Translations under genes and position numbers: made by a program | NCBI GenBank assembly: GCA_041862375.1 | Contig: JBGVTE010000065.1 | Location: 2,540-66,539, forward strand | Source: Candidatus Aminicenantaceae bacterium | GTDB taxonomy: Bacteria; Acidobacteriota; Aminicenantia; Aminicenantales; Aminicenantaceae | DNA: 64,000 nt | Direction of reading: 5' to 3' | The notes under the pieces: model-generated | Database searches by the model: none | What the model was told of the DNA's origin: nothing | The model's input: only the letters and a program-made list of their open reading frames with translations | In this document: in pieces, positions 37,459 through 45,437 of the stretch | Layout of the letters: every line of letters starts with the position of its first letter | How positions within the stretch are numbered: position 1 is the first letter of the stretch

Positions 37459-39414
37459 ATGTTTAAAAAAATTTTTTTGATTGTCCTCGCTCTTATTTTA
37501 CTTTTTTTCAACACTTACGCTGAAGAAGCCCAAGAAAGCGGTAAAAAGAAAAAACCTCCTTCTCTCCACTATGATGTGGTTGTAACAGCGACTCGTATAG
37601 AAACCCCTGCCAGGGAAATTGCAAGCTCGATTACTGTCATAACAAGGGAAGACTTGGAGAGAATGAAAAAGTCAACAGTTCTTGAAGTACTTAACGAGGT
37701 TTTAGGTGTTACGATTGTTCAAAATGGAGGCACAGGAGGAGCTGCATCTGTGCTCCTTCGGGGAGCGAATTCAGAACACACCCTGGTGATGATGGATGGA
37801 GTTGAGCTCAATGACCCAATCACTCCTTCTCGCTCTTATGACCTCGCTCATTTTTCATTAGATGACATTGAGCGCATCGAGGTTCTTCGAGGTCCCCAGA
37901 GCACACTCTATGGCTCGGATGCCCTGGGCGGAGTTATTAACATCATTTCAAGAAAAGGAAAGGGAAAGGCAAAGGTACGATTTTCAAGCTATGGTGGCTC
38001 TTTTGGAACTATCACAGGGAATGCTGGAATAAGCGGATCTGTGGATAAATTTGACTACTCTCTGGGAACATCTTATTTCCATAATGCTGGATTCTCCTCA
38101 GCAAGCACTGCCTACAAGGGAAACAAAGAAGAGGATGGTTACCGGAACCTCACACTTTCAGCAAGATTTGGCTATCGTCCTTCAAGCAACCTCGATATCA
38201 ACTTCATTGTACGATCATTGGATACAAAAATTGATATTGATAATTTTGGCGGAGCTTACGGGGATGACCCTAACAACATTCAGGATTACCGCGCCTTGTT
38301 CCTTAAGGGAGAAATCCGGAGACTCTTCCTTCAAAACCGGTGGGAGCAAAAATTAATCCTTTCCTTTGTTAATTACAACCGAAAATATGATAATCCTACA
38401 GATGCGTCTCATCCTTTAGATTCTGATAGATCAAAGTTCAAAAGTAAGCTGTGGAAGCTGGACTGGCAGCATAATATTTTCCTCCATGAAACAAGCACTC
38501 TGACTTTTGGAGCTGAATATCAGCAGGAACAGGGAGAATCAGAATACCATTCAGAAGGAGTATGGGGTCCTTTTTCAAGTACTTTCCCGCTTCGAAAATC
38601 ACACCAAAAAGGATTCTATATCCAGGATCAAATCAGGATAAAAGATCAATTTTTTGCCGCTGTCGGAGCACGCTTCGATCATCACAGTCAGGCTGGCACA
38701 GCAGTAACCTACAGAATCGCTCCTGCATATTTCATCAAGCAGACAGGGACAAAGTTAAAGGCAACTTACGGAAGTGGTTTTAAATCGCCTTCTCTCTACC
38801 AGCTCTATGCACCTGGAACAGCATGGGGTCCTATCGGAAATGAAAATCTAGAGCCTGAAAAATCAACAGGCTGGGATGCCGGCGTTGAACAGTATTTATT
38901 TCAGGATAAGCTGATGTTTGGCGCGACATATTTCAAAAACAGCTTTGAAAACCTCATTGATTTTGATGATGTACAAGGTTTCATAAATATTTCAAAATCC
39001 TCCTCTAAAGGCGCTGAATTCATTTTTCAAGCACAGCCGATCAAAAGTATTCTTATCACCGCTTCCTATACCAGGAATGAGGCAATGGATGAAGATGAAA
39101 ATACACCTCTTTTGAGACGGCCAAAAGATAAATTCACCTCCATGGTGAATTATGGTTTTCTAGAGAAAGGAAACATCGCTCTTTCATTAATATATGTGGG
39201 AGAGAGGGAAGATATGGATTTTAGTATCTGGCCGTCAAAGAGGGTAACTCTGCCATCTTACACTTTGCTAAATGCTACTGCTTCGTTCAACTTCAATGCG
39301 AACATTCAAATTTTCGGGCGCTTGGATAATGTCCTCAATGAAAAGTATGAAATGATTAAAGGGTACGGAACATCCGGTTTTTCTGCTTACGGAGGAGTAA
39401 AACTCGTCTTTTAA
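37459..39414 (+). CDS. btuB: TonB-dependent cobalamin receptor BtuB-like
   Basis: Signal peptide, VVVTATR TonB box region, plug motifs LRG...HTLV..DGV and IERIEVLRGPQSTLYGSDA.GGVINI, C-terminal F; downstream of the B12 riboswitch. Confidence 0.88.
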   Translation: MFKKIFLIVLALILLFFNTYAEEAQESGKKKKPPSLHYDVVVTATRIETPAREIASSITVITREDLERMKKSTVLEVLNEVLGVTIVQNGGTGGAASVLLRGANSEHTLVMMDGVELNDPITPSRSYDLAHFSLDDIERIEVLRGPQSTLYGSDALGGVINIISRKGKGKAKVRFSSYGGSFGTITGNAGISGSVDKFDYSLGTSYFHNAGFSSASTAYKGNKEEDGYRNLTLSARFGYRPSSNLDINFIVRSLDTKIDIDNFGGAYGDDPNNIQDYRALFLKGEIRRLFLQNRWEQKLILSFVNYNRKYDNPTDASHPLDSDRSKFKSKLWKLDWQHNIFLHETSTLTFGAEYQQEQGESEYHSEGVWGPFSSTFPLRKSHQKGFYIQDQIRIKDQFFAAVGARFDHHSQAGTAVTYRIAPAYFIKQTGTKLKATYGSGFKSPSLYQLYAPGTAWGPIGNENLEPEKSTGWDAGVEQYLFQDKLMFGATYFKNSFENLIDFDDVQGFINISKSSSKGAEFIFQAQPIKSILITASYTRNEAMDEDENTPLLRRPKDKFTSMVNYGFLEKGNIALSLIYVGEREDMDFSIWPSKRVTLPSYTLLNATASFNFNANIQIFGRLDNVLNEKYEMIKGYGTSGFSAYGGVKLVF

Positions 39415-39430
39415 CTCAACCTGAGTTAAA
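39410..39430 (+). terminator. Hairpin between the two TonB receptors
   Basis: TTTAACTCA-ACC-TGAGTTAAA perfect 9-bp stem. Confidence 0.4.
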
Positions 39431-39533
39431 CCAAGTGATAAATCTCCTTCCCGTAATAACATTTTATTTATTATAATTGCACTATTGAGAATAGCATGAA
39501 GAATACTATTATCTGTCTTCTAAACACGGAAAA

Positions 39534-41492
39534 ATGAAATTACTGAGAGCAATATTACCCTTATTACTTTTATTATGCTTGCTACAGGCTCAGGAAAAAA
39601 AAGATGATAAAAAAAAGAAAGAAAAAGAGTACGCCTATGACCACCAGGAAGTCGTCGTAACCGCTAAAAAAGAGCCAATCACAGAGATAGCTAATATCAA
39701 AGAAATCAAAAAAGAAGAGTTAGAAGCAGCAGGAGCATATGACCCTGTTCAAGCATTAGCACTTGTTCCAGGTGTTTTTTACACAATCGGTTTGAGGGGG
39801 GAAGCTATCCTCCAGTTAAGGGGATTCAGCCAAAGACAAGTAGTAGTTATGATTGATGGAATCCCGGTATATGTCCCTTTTGATGGCCAGATTGATTTAT
39901 CCCAGCTTCCTGTTGAAGGTCTGGCTAAAATAAAAGTTATTAAGGGTAACTCCTCAACGGTTTACGGTTCCAATTCGATGGGAGGGATTGTTAATCTTAT
40001 CACTCAAGCACCATCACAAAAGACAAGTGGCAGCGTTTCTTTAAATAAAGGGAGGAATTTAAATCAAAGGCTGGCATTTTCATTCGGAAAAAAACTGAAA
40101 AGATTAGGATTCTGGATTTCGGGTGAGTATAAACATTCAGATGGTTTCTACCTTTCCCAAAAATTTAATCCTCAGAAAAATGAAGGAGGAAATTTACGCC
40201 AGAATTCACACCTTAAAAACAAAGCAGTCGGTGGCCGACTTCATTACTCCTGGATAGACGGCTCCCTCTTTCTTGATTTTAGTTTTGTAGACAGCAGAAA
40301 AGGAGTACCTCCCCATTCGTACGAGAGCAGGCCTCGATACTGGCGCTTTACCCAGTGGAGGAAAAATGATGTAAAGCTTTCTCTCAAGCATACATTCTTG
40401 AGCGGCCTGGAACTTCGAGGAAGTGTTTTTTATGATTCGTACTACAATCTCCTTGATTCCTACGATGACTCTACTTATTCCACCCAAGAAGAAAATTATT
40501 CTTTTCACAGCACTTTCGATGATTATTCGCTGGGTGCAACTTTCCTTGGAGACTATGTCAGGGGAATACATCACTTACGAGTTGGAGTTAATCTCAAGAA
40601 AGATGTTCACCGCGCTCAAGCGGATTATCAGCAGGCCTGGGAAAAATACAAAGCTTCTGATTATTCCCTAGGATTAGAAGATGAAATTGAAGTTAAGAGA
40701 AATTTATCTTTCATTATAGGGACAAGCTTTGATTGGCTTAAGCCGCTCTATGCCAACGGTGAAAAGCTGAGACCTTCTATCGTTCACTTAAATCCCTTGA
40801 TAGGTATAGCATACAGAATAGATATCTCCCAGGTCTACCTCTCGATTGCCCGAAAATCTAGGTTTCCAACACTTAAAGAATTTTATTCAGAATTTCTTGG
40901 AAGAAACATTCCAAATCCAGAGCTTAAAGAAGAAAGGGCCTTGAACTATGAATTCGGATTTCGCACCTTTTTATCTCCTAGAAGCACATTTGAATTATCT
41001 TTCTTTTACTCAGACTTGAAGGATTTGATTGTCCGCAAGAGAACAGGAACTCTTTTTCAAATGCAAAATGTAGATCGTGCAAGATATCAAGGTGCTGAAT
41101 TTTCTCTAAATTACCAGATTCAGGAAGGATATAATGTGAACGTAAATTACTCATATCTTCAAGCCATAAATACTTCACCGGGAAGAAAGTCTTCCAAACT
41201 GGAATATAAACCTCCCCACAAATTCTCTCTTTTCTTTGAGTACAAATTACCTTTTTCTCTTAAAGGTATGCTGAAAGTGCTTTATATCGATAAAAGATAT
41301 TTTGAAGAGCCGGAAGGAGAGTTTAAGCACCTTTCTTCCTACGCACTTCTAGATCTAAGAATAGCTAAAACTTTAGGGAAATTCGAGGTTTACCTCCTGC
41401 TTAAGAATCTTTTCGATGAGAATTATGAATTTGAGGCCGGATTCCCTGCGCCAGGAAGGGAATATATCATGGGCATTTCATGGAAATATTGA
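39534..41492 (+). CDS. TonB-dependent receptor, substrate unknown
   Basis: EVVVTA, LRGF...V.VMIDG.P, I.VIKG.SS..YG...MGG.VN, NP.LKEE, KNLFD..Y...PGR, C-terminal aromatic residue. Confidence 0.88.
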   Translation: MKLLRAILPLLLLLCLLQAQEKKDDKKKKEKEYAYDHQEVVVTAKKEPITEIANIKEIKKEELEAAGAYDPVQALALVPGVFYTIGLRGEAILQLRGFSQRQVVVMIDGIPVYVPFDGQIDLSQLPVEGLAKIKVIKGNSSTVYGSNSMGGIVNLITQAPSQKTSGSVSLNKGRNLNQRLAFSFGKKLKRLGFWISGEYKHSDGFYLSQKFNPQKNEGGNLRQNSHLKNKAVGGRLHYSWIDGSLFLDFSFVDSRKGVPPHSYESRPRYWRFTQWRKNDVKLSLKHTFLSGLELRGSVFYDSYYNLLDSYDDSTYSTQEENYSFHSTFDDYSLGATFLGDYVRGIHHLRVGVNLKKDVHRAQADYQQAWEKYKASDYSLGLEDEIEVKRNLSFIIGTSFDWLKPLYANGEKLRPSIVHLNPLIGIAYRIDISQVYLSIARKSRFPTLKEFYSEFLGRNIPNPELKEERALNYEFGFRTFLSPRSTFELSFFYSDLKDLIVRKRTGTLFQMQNVDRARYQGAEFSLNYQIQEGYNVNVNYSYLQAINTSPGRKSSKLEYKPPHKFSLFFEYKLPFSLKGMLKVLYIDKRYFEEPEGEFKHLSSYALLDLRIAKTLGKFEVYLLLKNLFDENYEFEAGFPAPGREYIMGISWKY

Positions 41493-41505
41493 AGAGAGAG
41501 TCTGT

Positions 41506-42066
41506 CTACAGATGCTCGGCAAGAATTACTACTCCAACTATAATAAGTATCAACCCTCCCATCAATTCTCCCCTTTTCTTTATAAGGTATCCTGTCAGAG
41601 ATCCCATCTTCATTCCAACAACAGTCATCACAAAGGCAACAAATCCAATGATTATAGCTGGGTAGATGATTCCCACCCCGAGAAAAGCAAGACTTAATCC
41701 TACTGCCAGCGCATCGATACTGGTTGCGATAGAGAGAAGAAGAAGGGATGAGCCTTTTGTTGGGTCAGAGCCATAATGTTTCGTCTTTTTACTGAGGTCG
41801 AAAGATTCATAAATCATCTTTCCTCCTATAAAAAGAAGCAGGGAAAAGGCTATCCAGTGGTCAAAAGCCTGGATATACTTCTGGATATTCCCACCTACTG
41901 ACCAGCCTATGACAGGCATCATAAACTGAAAGAATCCAAAACAGAAAGCTGGCCTCAAAACCTGCATTTTTGTTATTCTTTTCAGAGATGCACTAATGCC
42001 AACTGAAACTGCAAATGCATCCATAGCCAGAGCAAACGCAATGCCTAAAATGAGGAAAAAATTCAT
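41506..42066 (-). CDS. mntP: Manganese efflux pump MntP
   Basis: LAMDAFAVS, FG.FQ..MP..GW, DHWIAF.LL..IGGKMI, ATSIDALAVG. Confidence 0.92.
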   Translation of the reverse strand: MNFFLILGIAFALAMDAFAVSVGISASLKRITKMQVLRPAFCFGFFQFMMPVIGWSVGGNIQKYIQAFDHWIAFSLLLFIGGKMIYESFDLSKKTKHYGSDPTKGSSLLLLSIATSIDALAVGLSLAFLGVGIIYPAIIIGFVAFVMTVVGMKMGSLTGYLIKKRGELMGGLILIIVGVVILAEHL

Positions 42067-42157
42067 GTTTTTACTTTTTTCTATAAGATTGCGGCGGTCC
42101 TTTCTATCGCACGCAATTAAATATGGTTAAATAATTTCTGGGAAAATTCATCTATTC

Positions 42158-43321
42158 TTAACTCTGCAAATACTCCAGAGCCAGGCTTGTCATAAAAAGT
42201 GCAGCTTGAGGAAGAGCTCGTTCATCCAAATCAAAACCAGGATGGTGATGAGGGAATTCCATTCCATCCCCCATTCCAAAAAATAGAAAAGCACCCGGAA
42301 CCTTTTGAAGGAAATAGGCAAAGTCCTCCCCTCCCATGACCGGGTCAATTTTTTTGATGCTCTCCTCTCCCAATGTTTTGTTTGCTACATCCAGGACCAA
42401 ATCTGCCATTGCATCATCGTTGATGAGAGGAGGATAGCCTCTTTCATACTTGAATTCGCTTGTCGCACCAAATGTATGGCAGGTTCTTTCAACAATCTCT
42501 CTCACTCTTTCTTCCATAAATCCTCTTAGCTCCGGGTCGAACGTTCTGACAGTCCCGCTCAATGTAACTTCGCAGGGGATGATATTATTAATGGTACCTC
42601 CTTCAATTGTCCCCAGAGAAACTACTGCAGACTTTAGAGGATCAACATTTCGACTGACAATACTCTGAAGGTTTACAACCAGATGAGAAGCAACGAGAAT
42701 TGGATCTACTGTTGTCTGAGGCATAGAACCATGGCCTCCTTTTCCTATTACCCTGAGCGAGAATTGATCTGGTGCGGCCATCATCGCTCCCTTCACAATC
42801 CCGATAGTTCCTGAGGGAAGAGGCTGCCAGAGATGGAGGCCAAATATAGCATCAACGCCTTTAAGGGCACCTTCCTCAATCATTTTTTTTGCGCCCCCAG
42901 GAATTCTTTCCTCCGAAGGCTGGAAGAGGAAAACAACTTTTCCTTTGAACTTATCTTTTTTCTTTGTAAGAAGCTGTGCAACTCCCATTAGAATAGCCAT
43001 GTGGCCATCGTGAGCACAGGCGTGGCACGCTTCTGGGTTTTCTGAAATGTATTCCCTCTCTCCTTCTTCTTTCAACGGTAGAGCATCCATGTCAGCTCTC
43101 AAAGCGACAGTTTTTCCTCCGGGTATTCCCTCAAGTATTCCTCGTAATCCTGTCTCTGCGAATGGCTTAACAGGGATGTTAAGAGTTTCTAAAAATTTGC
43201 GAATCACTGAGGATGTCCTGTGTTCCTGATAAGCAATTTCAGGGTGGCGATGAAAGTCACGGCGCCATTCGATTAATTTACCGTTAATTGCTTTCACTTC
43301 TTTTCTCAATTCCTCAATCAT
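42158..43321 (-). CDS. M20D-family amidohydrolase
   Basis: RR.FH.HPE, RADMDALP, HACAHDGH, FQPSEE, GKGGHG, GGEDF, HH..FD. Confidence 0.92.
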   Translation of the reverse strand: MIEELRKEVKAINGKLIEWRRDFHRHPEIAYQEHRTSSVIRKFLETLNIPVKPFAETGLRGILEGIPGGKTVALRADMDALPLKEEGEREYISENPEACHACAHDGHMAILMGVAQLLTKKKDKFKGKVVFLFQPSEERIPGGAKKMIEEGALKGVDAIFGLHLWQPLPSGTIGIVKGAMMAAPDQFSLRVIGKGGHGSMPQTTVDPILVASHLVVNLQSIVSRNVDPLKSAVVSLGTIEGGTINNIIPCEVTLSGTVRTFDPELRGFMEERVREIVERTCHTFGATSEFKYERGYPPLINDDAMADLVLDVANKTLGEESIKKIDPVMGGEDFAYFLQKVPGAFLFFGMGDGMEFPHHHPGFDLDERALPQAALFMTSLALEYLQS

Positions 43322-43501
43322 ATCTATCCTCCTATAGCTTGTTTTTTCTTTTTTCTCATTTATCCCTTCAATCTCTCCATTAGCATCTATACTTAATAAT
43401 TTAAATCTTGCCTTCTCTTCACATGTAACATCTTTCCTTGTCTCAACTGGATTTGAAATATCGAATTCATAAAATATTTTTTTTGTTGTTGAATATAAAT
43501 T

Positions 43502-44926
43502 CTACTCCCAGCTTTTTTGCGGCTTTGTAAGCAGGCTCATTACTACAGTAACAACCGTATTAACTGAAAGGGCAACAAATCCAGCATTTAATCCAAAGAA
43601 AGGATCATGACCCCCAAAAACTAGAAGGATCACAAGGCCAATTCCCGTGAGCAATCCACCTAAGACTCCGGTCCGGGTAACTCTTTTCCAGACCAACCCC
43701 AGAACTACACCTGGAAAGAACTGGGAGATACCATCGTAACCGATAAGAAGAAGGTTAACTAAGGCACTGGGGAAAAAGATGGCAAAAATAAGGGCCATGA
43801 AAGTCATAACAAAGACCAGAAATCGAGAAAGCCTGACAACCTTCTCTTCACTGGCGTTAGGATTGAATCCTGCTTTGTAGACATTTTTTGCTAATACTGT
43901 TGAGGCAAATAGGATGAGAATCGAGGAAGGAACCATGGCTGTCACAGCTCCAGCAGCGCCGATAAAACCCATAAACCAGGAGGGGTACGTTTTATTGACT
44001 AAGGCTAAAAAGGCAAAGTCTCCATCTTTTAATCCAGGTATAACAAGGAGAGCTGTGAACCCGACCATGAACACTAATAAAATCGGAACCTGGTAGAAAG
44101 GCATGATAACAGCGTTCCTTTTTATCGTCTTGGCGCTCTTTGCTGAAAAAACAGAACCGATAATGTGCGGCCACATGTAAAATCCTAATCCTGTCAGGAG
44201 TACTGTTGACATTACCCAAAGAGCATCCATATTAGAGGTTGCTCCAGGGAAGATAAGGTGATGTGGTTTCTGTGCGATTAGAGCCTTAAACATCTTCCCG
44301 AAACCACCAAAATATATATAGGGAACTCCAATACCAACTATCCCCACGGCAAGGATCATCATAATATCTTTGATAATAGATACCCATGCTGTTCCACGGA
44401 TACCACTGGTGTAGACAAAAGCGCAGGTAAGAACAAAGGATATCACCATCGCAAGACGAGGATCGATAGTGCGGTTACTTGCTTCCTCAACAATCATTCC
44501 TAATCCTTTAAGTTGGAGCTGAAGATAAGGTACGATAAAAATTACTCCGATCAGGGCTACGAGAACTCCGAGGGTGCGGCTGTCGTATCTTTTTATGAAA
44601 AAGTCAGGCTGAGTGTGTAGACCATATTTCTTCCCAACTTTCCACAGAAGAGGAAGAATAAAGAAGGAAAAGGTGTAAGCCAAAGTACCGTAAATCAGGA
44701 TATAAAAGGTTGGAGCTCCTTTTGAATAGGCCCAGCCACTGGCCCCTAAGAAAGTAAAAGTTGTATAAATTTCCCCGGCCATAAGAAGCCAGATCAAGAT
44801 AACTCCAAATCGCCTCCCTCCAACCGCCCACTCTTCTAAATTCATCTTTACTCGCCTTCCGGCATAAATGCCAAGAAGAGAAGAAAATATAATAACGGCA
44901 AATATAATTATCAGGGCAGGATTCAT
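43502..44926 (-). CDS. Sodium:solute symporter (YhjB-like)
   Basis: W.VGGR.FG, GEIYTTFTFLG.SGWAY, PYLQLQ, SG.RG.AW; polytopic. Confidence 0.9.
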   Translation of the reverse strand: MNPALIIIFAVIIFSSLLGIYAGRRVKMNLEEWAVGGRRFGVILIWLLMAGEIYTTFTFLGASGWAYSKGAPTFYILIYGTLAYTFSFFILPLLWKVGKKYGLHTQPDFFIKRYDSRTLGVLVALIGVIFIVPYLQLQLKGLGMIVEEASNRTIDPRLAMVISFVLTCAFVYTSGIRGTAWVSIIKDIMMILAVGIVGIGVPYIYFGGFGKMFKALIAQKPHHLIFPGATSNMDALWVMSTVLLTGLGFYMWPHIIGSVFSAKSAKTIKRNAVIMPFYQVPILLVFMVGFTALLVIPGLKDGDFAFLALVNKTYPSWFMGFIGAAGAVTAMVPSSILILFASTVLAKNVYKAGFNPNASEEKVVRLSRFLVFVMTFMALIFAIFFPSALVNLLLIGYDGISQFFPGVVLGLVWKRVTRTGVLGGLLTGIGLVILLVFGGHDPFFGLNAGFVALSVNTVVTVVMSLLTKPQKSWE

Positions 44927-45144
44927 TACTCATCTCCTTCTTCAGGTGTGTTGTATCTTTTTTCCAGAAGATAGGCTGTCAGAAGAATAAAAGGAGTTAA
45001 AACAACCCATGAAATAATCCAGAACAAAATAAAAGGCAGCCCCAGAATAATTGGCTCAATCCGATTGACCAGAGGGAGGGCAAACGCCAGAGTGATAAAA
45101 GGAATAGCTCCAAGCATGAGGGCGTACTTAGTTCCTTTTTGCAT
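44926..45144 (-). CDS. DUF3311-like small membrane partner of the SSS transporter
   Basis: IPF......P..NR.EP.ILGLPF..FW...W; TAATG coupling to the symporter; AGGAGG RBS. Confidence 0.85.
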   Translation of the reverse strand: MQKGTKYALMLGAIPFITLAFALPLVNRIEPIILGLPFILFWIISWVVLTPFILLTAYLLEKRYNTPEEGDE

Positions 45145-45201
45145 CTTGACCTCCTTAGCTTGACCATTATAACAAAAGCATATAAAAAGAAAATGAGAAT
45201 T

Positions 45202-45385
45202 AAAGGGGACAGGCTACTTTTTTTATAAATGACATTTTTTGTCATTATTAAGTGTTACTTATAGCTGTGTCTCTCTTCTAACAAAGTATCCTGCTCCTTT
45301 TTTTAAATAAAAGTGGTAAATCCCTTTTTTCCCTAAAAAAAGTGGCAAAAAGTGGCAAAATTTAAAAAAGTAGCCTGTCCCCTTT
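45202..45385. mobile_element. MITE/REP-like element B, 184 bp, perfect 22-bp inverted repeats
   Basis: AAAGGGGACAGGCTACTTTTTT (45202-45223) is the exact reverse complement of 45364-45385. Confidence 0.65.
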
Positions 45386-45437
45386 TAAAAAACCTCTTTA
45401 ACACTACAATAAGGATTCTTATAATAATAAAGAGGAA

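Noticed and set aside
44997-45245. 82-aa minus-strand ORF overlapping the DUF3311-like gene and element B
   Set aside because: Alternative frame of a real gene; no support
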